DNA from: Klebsormidium nitens
Taxonomy: Eukaryota > Plantae > Klebsormidiophyceae
NCBI GenBank assembly: GCA_000708835.1
Contig: DF237041.1
Location: forward strand, 124,001-188,000
Reading direction: 5' to 3'
DNA length: 64,000 bases
This document shows, one piece after another, positions 48,397-61,200 of the stretch (positions within the stretch are counted from its first letter, which is position 1; each line of letters opens with the position of its first letter). The notes under the pieces were generated by a model, which ran no database searches, had not been told where the DNA came from, and saw only the letters and a program-made list of their open reading frames with translations. A program made the translations under genes and the position numbers.

Positions 48397-51300
48397 CTAC
48401 TCTACTAGATTGGCAGGAGACCCGACTGTGGGGCTTCGAGAGCTAGACAATCCCCGCTTGCCGCCCAACTGATCCTCCTTATCTGAGCCTTCACTCCTAT
48501 CCTCCTTGCCATGATGTCGCCGGTGCTTGCGCTTCTTGCGCTCCTTGCGCCTCTTCCTCCTTGCTTCCTCGTCCTCGTCGGACGAGCCACCGGCTGCTCC
48601 TCCAACCACGGCCGCAACTCGCTCTTCTCCTACTCCATTTGCGTCAACTCCAACCCCGTGCCGCTTCCGATGCTTCCTCCTAGAGCGACCCTCCTCTTCC
48701 GAGGACGACTCCCCGTCGCCCCTCCTTTCCTTCTTCCTCTTCCGCCTCCTCTCCTTGCGACTTTCTTCACCTTCGTCTTCCGAGTAAGGCACCAACCCCT
48801 CCTTCTTCTCGCCATCGTCGTCAGTTCCGTCCGCCTTGCTCTTGCTCCGCTTGCGGCGCTTCCGCCTCTCCTTCCGCCGCTTCCGTTTCTCCCGCTCCGA
48901 ATCGACCGCCTCTCCCTCTCCGTGGCTCTCATCAGACTCCCTCAGATACGCCCTCCGATCCTCCCCCTCTTCCCTGTCCTCCAATCGCCCCTCCCGCCGC
49001 GCCTTTTCCCGCCGCTCCTCCTCCGAGTCCGGGGCCTGATAACGGCCCCCATCGTCGTCCTCGTACCTCTCCCTGCGGTAACGGTCCTCCCTGCCGTAGC
49101 GACCCTCCTCGTAAAACCGGTCCTCACGATAACGGTCCTCATAGCGCCTCCGAGAGTCGCTAAGACTACGGTGCCGCCGCCGCTCACCGCTTTCTGCAGC
49201 ATAAGCCGCGTCCTCGGACTCTCGCCGAGAACGCGGATTCTCGACCCTCTTTCTCTCGCCGTCGCTGGATCCCTCCAGCGTCATCTCCCGTTCGCTGCTC
49301 TTGCTCCTCTGCCTGCGCCGCTTGCCGTGTCGCCCCTCCCGCTCCTTGCCACGCTTTCCGTCGGCAACCGGAACCCCGTCATCGTCCTCATCAATCAGCG
49401 CCCGTTTCAGGTCCGCCAACTCCTTGCTGACCTCAGCGCTGACGGGCGGGGCCTCCTTTGCCTTGACCAGGCCCTGCTGCACGTCCGCTGCGCTCAAGCC
49501 CCCTCCATTCTCCACTTCGCTCTGCTGAACCAGCCCCCCTACAGGGCCCGAACCCTCCTTCAGGCCACCTGGCACACCGGGCACCTCTTCTGGCTCCTTC
49601 TCCTGGGGCTTTTTCACAGCGTCAGCGGGCTTGGGCGAGTTCTCGGCGGACTTGTTCACACCGCCCAGCTTGAAGCTGATGCCCCCGCTCACTTTGACCC
49701 CCTTCCGCGCAATCGGCTTCATGGCCCCCTTTGGCGCCACGAAAGGCAGCTTCCCGCCCAAAACCCCAAACTCCACTTCCTCTTCGTCTTCCTCTCTCTT
49801 CCGAACGCTCGGCAGCGGGGGCATGTCGTCATCGTCGGACAAACCCCCCAGCTTCGGGGGTGCCTTCGCGGCGGGGACTGCCGCTTTCTTGACGCTGACC
49901 TCAGCACTCGCCGCAGGGAGCGCCGGCCCCTTCCCGCTGACGTCAGCAGAGCTGTGCGCCCTCCCGTCCTTTTGCGAGGCGGCTGCTCCGGTCCCAGATA
50001 TTCCAGGCACTTGCGCTGGGGCTGCGGCTTTCTCTGCTTCGTCAACCAGGGGCGTTTTAGCCGAGACTGCGTTGGTGGTTAAGGCAGGTTCCGCAACGTC
50101 CCTAGAAGCGGTTCTGCCGCCCTCAGCAGCAGAACCGTCAGCTTTTGTCCCGTTCTCGAGGTGAAGGCCTCCTCCCAAAACATCACTTCGCTTGCCGGCA
50201 GAAGCCCAACCAAAACCCAGCTTTTCCTCCTCAACCTCTGCACCCCCCGTGTTCACAGCGCCCACTCTCACAGACTGCGTCGCGATGCCCTGCCCTTCGG
50301 GGAACTGAGCTCCACCGCCCCCCTTCTGAACAGCTTTCTCCGGTCCGTTCACGCCCGCCAACCCCGGCATTCCGGGCGCCTTGGAAGGGCTTTCCTTGCC
50401 GTTTGGGACTCCGACCTCCTTAGCTGGCCGCTCCGTTTCCTCGACAGATCCCCTGTCAGCGTGTCCAAGCCCCGGCTGTTCTGGGGGCTGTCCTGAAGCA
50501 TCTGAACGGGGAAGAACCAAACCGCCCACTTGGGTTTCTGAGCCCATCTGCTTTTGTACGCCGATCAAATTTACGGTCGCCCCTCCAAATATCGCCTCGG
50601 AGGATTCAACGTCCTTCTTCTCTGGCCTCGGCCCGCTCTCGGTCTCCTCCGTACCTCCAGCATCTTGCCCAATAATGCCTAGCGTTTCCTTCCGCCCCTC
50701 CCCCTTCTGCCCCGAAACCTCAAACCCCTTTCCCTCTCCTTGCGCATCACCCCCCTGTTTCCTCTGGTTCCCAAACCCCTCCCCCTGCTCCTGCTTCTCA
50801 AACCCCACCTCTTTCTCCTGTTTCTGAAACCCCCCCTCTTCCTCCTGCTTCTTTAAACCCCCCTCTTTCTCCTGCTTCTCAAACCCCCCCTCTCTCTCCT
50901 GCTTCTCAAACCCCCCCGGCGCAGGGGGCGACACCAGCCCCGCTTCTCTCTTCGCCGATTCCGCGCGCCTCTCCCGCATGCTCCGCTCCACGGCCGCTCG
51001 CAGCGCCCGCTCGATCGCCCCCGGAGACTCCTCTCTTTTCGGCGCTTCCTTGCCGGTTTTCCCTGCACCTTTCTTTCCCGCCGCTTTGGGCGTCCTCGCC
51101 CCGGCTTCTTTTGGCGCTTTCGCTGCGGGCTCAGCGAACTCGCCGCCACCTCTCTTCCCCGCTGGCCCCCTTCCTCCTTCGCTCTTTGTCTGGGGCGACT
51201 TCATTTCTGGCTCCTCAACATTTCGCTCCCCTCCCTTCCCTTCCTCCAACTTCGGCACTGCAACCCTCGACGCTTCCAAAACCGCCTGCCCCTTCCTCTC

Positions 51301-54300
51301 GTCCTTATCATCGGTCTCCGATTTCCTCTTCACCGCTCCAGAATCGCGTCCCGGATCCCTCCCTTCTGGACGGTCCTCCCCTCTTTCTTCCCTCTCAGAA
51401 GCCCTTTTCTCAGCAACACCATCCCTCCGTCTCAGGTTCGGTTCCGCCGAGAGACTCCTCAGACGTGTGCTCCGTTCCGGCGTCCGACTCCTTCTCTTCC
51501 CCACGGGAGACTTCAGATCCTTTTCATCGCCACCCCCCCTTGATCGCTTCGACTCCCGGCTTGGAGATCGTTTCCTCTCATCTCTCCCCCCCCTGCTTGG
51601 AGACTCCCTCCTTTCCCCTCGGCTCCCTGACCGTTTTCTCTCCTCCCTTCCCCCACGGGACCGCAAGACCGAGCGGTCCCTGCGCGGACGACTCGGCGAC
51701 CGGTCCCGCCTCGACCGATCGTCCCGCGAGCGAGGTGGATCCCTCGAGCGGTACCGTGAACTGCGGCGATCGCGCGAAGGGCTGCGGCTGTGCCGGCGGC
51801 GGGAGCTGCGGTCGTTGGAGCGGTAACGGCGCCGGTCGCGATCCCGATCGGGCTCGTCCCGACGATCACGGTCACGGTCGCGGGCGCGGCGCGAGTCGAG
51901 ACGGTCCCGAGAGTGGTAGCGCCGGCTCTCATACCTGTAACAACAATTCGGTTAATAAGTGACGGTACTTGAGTGACAATCCGTTGTGAGCTAACAAAAG
52001 CACAACACGCCCAACAGATAGTACTCAAGCGGATAATAAGTGCTTCATGAAGCTTAAGCGAAGCATTGGCAAAGCATCAGTAGATAAACCAGTAGATAGA
52101 CCAACTGGGTGTTTTCTGAAATATTGCTTACCAACCATCTCCATGGCAGTACCATTTGCAAATCCTACACCGTCACCAAAAGCCAACACTCAAAAGCTTC
52201 TTTTCGTGCTTTCGATAACCAATTCAGCTGCTCAGAGATCGCCAACCAAAACCATATACTCACCTATCTCTGCTCTTCTCTCGCCTGCCGTCCCGTCCAT
52301 ATCGAGGGGGTGACCTGCTAGGGTACCGCCGCCGCCTGGGAGAGGGGGACCTCATTCGGGGGGGTGGCGAGTAGCTCTTCAAAGAGCGGGGCGAATTACC
52401 CCTGCAAAACAAGGGATGCGTTCAGCAGGTATACACGCTGGCCTGCCGAGGAACAGCTTTTCAAGAACTTGCGAAGGCATGTTTTGTTGGACTACCCAAC
52501 GAAATGATCCGTCTCGAATAATGCAGAAGCAAAACTTCCATGCTTTCACATTTCCGCTCTGTTTACCAAGAGTCTGTGAAGTGCAAATTGGATTCTCGCA
52601 ATCAAGCTGCTCTGCATCAGCCTGGATATCCGTCAAAGAGCAATTTGAATATCGCTCTGCAAACGGATTTATTGTTTTGTGACAGCAAATTTGCTTGAGA
52701 AGAAATGCAAGAAGCGCGGACGACCTCAGCGAATAAGCATTTCCAAGGCCGGGTCGTCCGCGAATGACGACAACTATTTGCCCAGCTTCGATGAATAAAG
52801 TATAGGTTACGTCCAGAGCCTCCGACACAGTTTCGAATCGACGAAAGATCATGTGCAATGCAACAGACTACAAACAACTCAGACATATGCCGCATACTAC
52901 AAACAACTCAAACACATGCCGCATTCCCATGCTCACAAAGTAAGAAGCACATATACTACAACTGCACACACCGTCAAATCACAAGGAGAGAACCGTTGCA
53001 CATGAGAAAGGAGATAATCAGTCCCTTAAGCACAACTCACCGCTCCCGGTCCGAATCGTCTCCTCCCCCGCCCCCCAGCGCCTTCAGCTGCTTGCTGAGC
53101 TCCAGTGCGCGCGCCTTGGCCATGTCAGCGGCCATCTTGGCGGGGTTGCGCGCAGCCGCCATCTGCTGCGCCGCTAGGGTCTGTTGCGCGAGCGCCTGCT
53201 GGTACTGCATCTGCTGCAGCTGGATGGCCTGGAAACGAGCGCGAGGATGCACGTGAATATACGGAATAGTGACGCTTCCAAAAGGACATTCAGCAGCTTT
53301 TTGCAGCCTGGTAGAAGAAGCGACGACTTCGAACTCAAGCGTGTATCGAGGTGCCGACCAGAAAGACCACCCTCCTTAAAGTGGCACACAACACTCAAAA
53401 ATGGACTTTGGCCTTCATTCTAACTGGTTTAATTCCTTCCGATTGCCCCTTCTTACTTTGTGAAACGCGAGACTCACTAACTCCCGTCGTCACTTCTTAC
53501 TTTGTGAGACGCAGGACTCACTAACTTCTGTCAGCTTTGACGATTTCGGTAGGTCTTTACCAAGCCAACAACTACTCTTCCCCTGCCTCTCCTCGAGTTG
53601 CATCGCACGAACGCAGTTGACAGGACCTCCTCGTACGCGGAGGCAAACTTTTCAAAGGGCAAGCGAACCTCGCTCAAACGAAAGACTGCGATACAGGATA
53701 CCATGCAGCTTTTGCTACTCTGAACCAATCACCTTAATGCACCATCCCAAGCGCACGGGGCGGAGCCTGGCCCCGGCACTTCCCTAGTCCCGTGAGGGTG
53801 GCCCCCTGCACACAGCAACATGATGACAGGGGTCGGACACAGCAGTCCACGCCCTCGATTGATCAAAACCTGAGTACCTTTGGTACCACTGACCTCGCTA
53901 TCTCACCCCAATGAGAGACCTTCGGATGGCACCCCTTTGTCAAAAACAGCAAAACCGCAGGCCACATGAGTCCAAAGTCGGACGCGTGGGCCGCCTGTCG
54001 GAAGGACCCCCCTCGCAGACTATCTGACGCAGAAATGCTTGCCGCCTCCTGAAAATGATTAATACCCAGGAACCAATTGAAGCCCGTAAACAAAAGAGGA
54101 GGGGGGAAAGTGGCAACCGCAACACACCTGCTGCATCAGCTGGAGGGACGACGCGATACCCCCCGGGTCCTTCTTGCTCTTCTTCTTGAGCACCAGCTTC
54201 GTGTGCTCCACTTGCACTTCACGATCCCCGACCGCGATCCCGTTCAACTGCAGCGCCGCCGTCGCCTCTTCGGGCTTCTCAAACTCGACATATGCCTCGC

Positions 54301-56134
54301 CGTCAGCGATCGAGCACTCGACCACTTTGCCGCAGTAACCAAAAAGCTGGCGGACTTGCTCGGCGTTCACGGAGGGGCTGAGATTGCGGACTTTCAGCGC
54401 ACGCGGCTCGTCCAGGAACGGGTTGGCGTCGTTCTCGTCGTCCTCGTCAGCATCGTCCTGGCCGGCGGTTGCGGCCATCGCAACTTGGATGACGCGCTGG
54501 AGGGCCTGCAGGCGCGTAGCGGAATCGTGATGAGATGCTTGTGATCAACATCAGACTTCCTTTCGTTGCTTTGACGCTTTTCCAAGTTTGGCTGAACCTG
54601 TTGCAGAAAGGAGAAGTGCTTGCAATCATCGGACTTACTGCAAGTACACTGCATGCACGTCTTGAATACAAATCGGCAAACACTGTTTGGATAGAAAGCG
54701 AGACACAAAGGTCCAGTGATGACAGAAGTGCAGATCTGCCAGGATCAAGATCAGAAGGCTACTCAACTCACTTGCAAAACACAAAGAATATATGTAACAT
54801 TCAAAGTGCAATTGAGAATACCTCGCGAGCCAATTTTGGCAGCAAAAGTCACGTTCTGCCACCAAGTAGCATGTACAGATCTACCATTAAAGGTCATTCA
54901 CTTCTTTTGTGCATGTTCAGAGCGACATCCAACTTGAAAGAGACATGACTGGAGCAAACCCTAGTTCCACCACATAATCAAAGCTCTAATAAGAAAGAGA
55001 TGCAGACAACTGGAGCAATATATCCACACAAAAGCAATTGTCAACCGGCGAACATAAGTGCAAAAGCAAAACAAATGTAACAAATGAAGCAGGCCATGGG
55101 ATATGCTTGTTCTCAACCGCGCAGCTGCAATACATAAAAGCACTTTGGCACCCTTGAAACACACACCTCTGAAAGCAGATATAATAAATCAGAGCGTATC
55201 ATGTCAACAGATGAATAAATCGTACCTGCGCAGCTGCGATGCTCTGCGCTGCCGCCATAGCCGCCGCAGACGGCGCCATCGGCATGCTCGTGAGCGACCC
55301 CATGTTCGCACCAGATGCGAACGCCGTCATTAGCTGCTGCAGCGTCGGATGCGCATATCTGCAGGGCGTGTTCTTGCACTTCCCGTCCAGGTACATCCTG
55401 CACACCTCACCTAGCTGCGCCCCTACCCCAGGAAGCACTGCACCCCCAGTAGGCCCTGGTAGGATCCCAGGCAGATTTCCCAACCCTGCCGGCAGACTCA
55501 AACCTGTCGGCACAGAGATCTGCAGGGCCCCCGAGGCTAGGAGCCCTGCTTGGCCTGGAAGGACTCCACCTCCACCAACGGGGGTTGCGGTCGCTGCCTG
55601 GAGAGGGGGGGGGGAAGCCACCGCTTGCGCTCCAAAGAAAACGGGGATCGGGCTACCCGAGATGTGCCTCCCATTGACCTCCACACTGACCATGTAGTTC
55701 CCCCTGTTGTAAACCGTGTAGCTCGTGACATATGTTCCATCATTCTGGTCAACAACTGGAGGCTCTAACATTGGCCCTGCGACCCCAAACCCAGGGGCGA
55801 CCTGGACCTTAACTTGAGCACCCCCCCAAGAAAGCCTCCGGCCATCCGGATCTTTGGCAGTCACGATAATGGTTGCAGCCGCAGACAGCACCCCTCCCCC
55901 AACACCTGTTCCGGTTGCTGTGCATTTGCTGGGGTCAATTGGGCCAATAGGCTTAGAAGAAAGGTCGTGCTCTCCGTCCTCGTCTGATGATTCATTACCA
56001 CTAAGGTTTGGGTCCACGTCCGCAAACGTCGCCTCAAAGGCCTGCTTGAAGGCCAACTGCTTGCCCTCCTCCTCCTTGAGCGCCTTTGCTTCTTGGGCGC
56101 GGGCCCAAGCAGGCTTCGGAGGGCTCGCCATCAA
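48397..56134 (-). CDS. Filamin-repeat + CCCH zinc finger + RRM + RS/KE-rich protein (Arabidopsis At3g23900-like splicing-factor-type protein); exons ~56134-55226, 54505-54128, 53228-53041, ~52374-52315, ~51933-48397
   Basis: PIGPIDPSKCTATG...VDQNDGTYVTSYTV..RGNYMVSVEVNGRHISGSPIPVFF (filamin), CRMYLDGKCKNTPCRYAH (CCCH), LKVRNLSPSVNAEQVRQLFGYCGKV...AYVEFEKPEEATAALQLN (RRM), then a long RS/RD and K/R/E tail. Confidence 0.9.
50760..50910 (-). repeat. 24-bp coding tandem repeat (KQEKEGGF-like, ~6 units) in the RRM gene
   Basis: GGFEKQEREGGFEKQEKEGGLKKQEEEGGFQKQEKEVGFEKQEQGEGF in the 1089-aa ORF. Confidence 0.8.
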
Positions 56135-58249
56135 GCTCCTCTAACCCTGCTTTATTCCTGCTTTATTCACAGCACACACCAGATCTCATGCAATCAAACC
56201 GCAGCAGACCAAATACCGCAACATCTCATAGATCTGTGACGCTTGCCCGTTCAAGTCTTCGAGAAAGTCTCTCGCTGGACCCAGTACTTCCTGCCAATCT
56301 GTTCCGCCCTCTCCTGCAGATTGTCTACTTGCAACTTCAACACTGTGGCAGATCCATCTCAGGCATCAGGAGAGACGCCCCTATCAGCGCGTCTCCAGCG
56401 CGTCAATGAGCCGCGTCAGCTGGGCGCCGTGCAGGCGAAGACATATTTTAGCCCCTACTTTTGAGTCGTGGTACGGGCTCACCTGGGCCCACCGTGGGAT
56501 GGGCAGGTCCTGAATGGAATCGGACGGGACGACAGTATCGAACGGCTCATCGCAATCGTTGGTTGCCGGTGACGGCCCAGATTTGAAACCGCAAATGTGC
56601 CCAAAGTTGGCCTCTTATCTCTTGAAGTTGGAGTCTGCTGGCAGAGAAGATGATGGCTGTGCGAGTTGCATTCACTTTCACTGTCAGGAATCAGGAGACA
56701 TTACTTCCTGAGATATTTGCATGGCGCCCTTCTTCCTGAGCCTGAGGCTTCGAAGTGCTTTGGTTTTGGTTTGGGCACGCCGCTAAAAACTGATCTGCAA
56801 GCTTGAAAGTAGGCAGGCTCCGGGTTTTGCCTGTCTTCAAGCTTAGAGCTTCGGGGTCTTTGACGTGACTAAAATCATCCGAAGTGACGGTCCCGGTGAC
56901 GGTCGTTGCATCACAGAAAGTCCTGCGCAGCACATTCAGTTTTCAGAGGGCCTCCAAGATCTCACTCTGCAGGAGTTGTTTTCTTTGGTGGGGAACCATA
57001 GACCAACAGAGCCAGCATTTTAAATCTTTCTTGAAAGAGGGCTGCGGAGGCCTACAGTTACAAGGGTGTGGGTAATGGTAAAAGCTCGGGTCGTCCAAGG
57101 GCCGTCGTCGTAAAAGCTCAGGTGTGAAAGAGGTGAGAATAAACTTTTCGATGCAATTTTACTTGCTCTTGAGAAATTTCCCACTTTCATGGAAATATAC
57201 AAGCAAGCTTCTGGGTAATATATGAGTTGTTTATATGCTGTTCTCATCAGCGGGTCTTTGATCTGCGCCACTTTGTTTTGGGTCTTTGGATCCGTGCCAA
57301 TCAGACAAATTGGGTCGGCCAAACTCATGGACCTGGGGGGCGGGGGACAGACACAGAGAGAGCAACATTGAGAGAGCAATACAGCACTTGTGTCTCTTGG
57401 TTTCTGCGACGGTGAAGAACTGTGCAATGTGCCGTGATTTGTGGACCATCTGCACGTTTTCATCAGAACACAGTGCAAGGTTCTTTGGCCCCAATTCCTT
57501 GGATGCTGAAGCAGCGTTTTCTGGTGGTTCATCCGTTTGTGTTTGCTGGTACTTAGTCTCATTGCAGTTGATTGTCACCAAAGCGCTGCCCCTTAGGTTT
57601 TCAAAAGGAGTGCATCAACTCTGAAGCAAGGGTTTTGAAGGGCCTGCCTTATGGTGCTGTTCATTGTCTGTGCCTAAGTCACTAAAGTGAAAACAGGTCA
57701 GGTCTTTTAAAAGCAAAAGGGGCATTTAACTTTATCACTGGCCGAAAGCCCCTCATCTTCCCATGACCTAAATAGAGGTAACTTCCCAGCTTACACGCTT
57801 ACACCGATTGCTCTGAGGGGCACCGATAAGGAGCCTGGTCATTCTATTGGCTTTCGAACATCAAATCACACCGGTGCCCTTGCGTTTCTGGCAAGACCTC
57901 ACAGCTTTAAGCTCAGGGTTGCTAAAGCATCCATGTCATGAAGGTTTTTTGTTGCACTCGGGGCATTGTATTCTGAAGTTCCGGCATCAATTCACTTCTG
58001 CAGTCTACCCGCTTAAGAGCTGACTCCTTGTTACTAAGAAGGTCCTTCTTTGCCTCACTTGTGTTAAGTCATAATGAATGAACGCCCACGCAGCTCCTTA
58101 TGACGTCGTAGCAGCCCCATGCTTCTGATCAGCGCGAGTTTCTCTATGAGAAACCAACATCTTAACGCTTGGATGTTTTCTGGAAGACTTTCGATCTTGT
58201 CCCTTGTTCTGAATTTGCCTTGTCTCCCCCAAGCAGATCGCCGCTCACC

Positions 58250-61200
58250 ATGGCTGCGGCGGACGGCGCATACTCCACGGCCACCGCCAACCGCGAGGAG
58301 GCCGCGCGGGCGCGCGAGATCGCGCTGCAAAAGATGGCGGAGAAGGACTGGGAGGGCGCCAAGCGCATCTGGCTCAAGGCACAGCGCCTCTGCCCCGACT
58401 TGGACGGGATTGCGAGCGGGATCGCGGTGGCGGAGGTGCACATCGTTGCGAACGGAACGGTGTACACGTCGCCGCACAAAGAAGTCACCAGGGACTACTA
58501 TGGGATCCTGGATGTCAGGCCTGATGTGGGCCGGCCGGCGCTGATGCAGCAGTACAAGAAGCGGGCGTTCCAGCTGCATCCGGACAAGAACCAGGTGGGA
58601 GGGGCGTGGAGTTTGGAATATGTTAAGGACATTTTGTGAAGTTGGGGGGAGGCATTTTGGGGGATCTTGCGGGCACTTCTTGAAGACAAACGGAATGGTT
58701 CAGTCTCATTTTGTAGGATGGTGGTGAGGTTTGTCGATTGCGCTTGGACTCATAGGCAGTTGCTCATCCTCTGCAAAGGCGCAAGGTCTTGGGTCAAGGG
58801 AGGAGTATCTTTTTGGGTGGTGATCAGCAGTTTCTACAATTCCAGTTCTGACAGAATTTTAAAAACCAGGGAAAAGATGGCGATCTTCCATCAATGAAGT
58901 CATTGTTGTATATGGAGCCTATAAGACCCAAGAGCGATTCATTTACTATCTTGGGCTTTCGTTGATGGTTGTATGGATTTTGGTCGATCAATCGATCGCT
59001 ACTTGAACAAGAGGCTACAAATTCTGTTTGCTTTGCGTAAGATGAAAAATTTTGCTTCTCACCTCGCGTCTTTGGGCGTACTTTTGAGTGGATGAGTTCC
59101 TCACAATGAAGAACAAACTTTTGCACTCTCAACGTATTTCTGGGGCTTTTCACAACCTTAAAGTGCATCACATCGACAACCGCTAGCCTTCGGTTGGAAA
59201 GTCTACTGAGCTGAGTGTAACAAAATCACAAGTGGGAGCCGATTTATCTGGAGCAGTATCTTATCCTATTACCTGCATGTACAAACTTGCTTCATTTTGA
59301 AGTAAGCAGGATTGAAGTTAGGCGCAAACTTTCCCTCAAGAACCTGACCGCTGTTTGGTTCTGGGCGCCAAGCTGCATTAATGTCCTTCCGTCAAATACA
59401 TATGAAATTTTCTGCATCACCCTGACACCAGATAATCTGCTTCGCAGCAACCGGGCGCCGAGGCCGCTTTCAAGATCCTGGGGGAGGCGTACGAGACCCT
59501 GAAGGACGAGCAGAAGCGCTCAAAGTACGACCGGCAGCGCTCGGCGCGGCTGGCCTCGCAAAGCCTCGCCCGCAACGGCAGTCAGCAAGCCCGTCGGGGC
59601 CCCGGAGGCGTGCACCCCCAGAACCGGGGGCCATATGCCCAAACTTTCGGGGGGCAAACCTGGCAAACCTTTTTTGCCGGGGAGGGCGGTTTCCCACAGC
59701 AGCAAGCGCACGCGCGGGGTGGCACACAGCCCGGATACCCAGTGAACGGGCATGCGGGGACCGTTCCCCAAGCGCCTTTTGCAGCCAATCAGGCGGGGGT
59801 GCCTCAGCAACGGCCGGCATCGGCTTCGCAATACGCGCAGAGGCCCCCAGCTGCGCAACAGCCGGGCGGTCCGGCGGCCCGGGGGGGTGTGCAACCGGGG
59901 GGCAATAACCTGGGGGCTCAGCCGGGTGCTTATGTCCGCCAAGCGGGTCAACCGGCGGCGTTTGTCCAGCAACAAGGCGCTAACCAAAGGGTTCCGGGGA
60001 GTACGGCGGGGGCGCCTGCCGGCCAGCATGCCAGTGGGATTCAACCGGGCGTTCAAACGGGTCAACCGAGGGTTTCCTCCAGCCAGCAGGGGGTTCCGGC
60101 GGGGCAACCGAGAGCTTATGGGGGTCAGATGGGGGCTTATACCAACCAACAGGCTGCACAAACCGGTCAGCCGGGGGTGTACACCACTCAACCGGGGGTG
60201 ACAGTTAATCCAGGGGCGCAAACGGGTCTACCGGAAGTGCGTTTCAACGTGTCGGGGGTTCCTGTTAGCGAGCCAAGGATATCCGTACAACAGCAGGGGG
60301 CATCCGCGGGCCAACCGAGGGCGTATGCGGGGCAACCGGGCGCGCAAGCAAGCCAACCTGCCGGGTTTGCCCCTCAGTCCGGTCAGCAGAGGGGTTATAC
60401 CGAGCACTACGGGGCGGGCGCATCTGCAAGCCAGCCGGGAATCCAAACTGGTCAACCGCGGCCTTATACTGGGGCTCCGGGCAGCCAACCTAGCGCTTAT
60501 GCCCCCCAACCCGGGGCGCCGACGAATCAATCGAGGCCTTATGCAGGCCAGCAGGGCGCTTATATTCCTCAACAGGGGGTTCCAACCAGTCAACCGGGGG
60601 CGTATGCCGCTCCAGGGGCGGCTGCGCCCTTCCCGCCACAGCCCTCAGGCGCCCGGGGGATCCCCCCAGGGACCAATACAGCGTTCCAGCCATCTGGGCA
60701 GCGGCCAGGGGGGCCGTTTCCAGGGCCCAAGGCATGCCCCGCAGGTCGATTCATCTGCAAGTGCCCGTCGTGCTTTCAGAGGTACACTTTTCCGGTCGAG
60801 AGCATGGGCAAGTATGTGTACTGCAAGTGCCGGGCGAGGATCATGGCGGTGAAGGAGGCGCCAGGTGGCGGCGCGTCAGGGGCCCACCTCGCAGGTGAGA
60901 GCGGTGTCGATTTATCGTTGATCACCCTCCCTTAAAGGTGAAGACTTGGCCGTGTTAGGTATCAGGAACTCCAGGATTAGTTTCAAGTTTCAAGCAGACG
61001 AGAGTCAGTGATTCCGTTTTTGTTGGGGCCTAAGGAGTAAGTTCTTCTAAAGATTGCTGAAAGTGCGGGGCTCATGAATTGAGGTGTATTTGGTAGGGGT
61101 GCGCTGCATTTATTAGCCTCTCAGTAAGGGCGTGCAACTCAGGGGCTCTCATGTTTTCAGAGCGTCATGCTTTTGCCAGAAGTGTGTGCTTGTCGAGAGC

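Noticed and set aside
42145-51962. Long antisense or alternative-frame ORFs (472, 523, 282, 283, 273 aa etc.)
   Set aside because: Shadows of GC-rich low-complexity coding exons; no motifs or independent signals.
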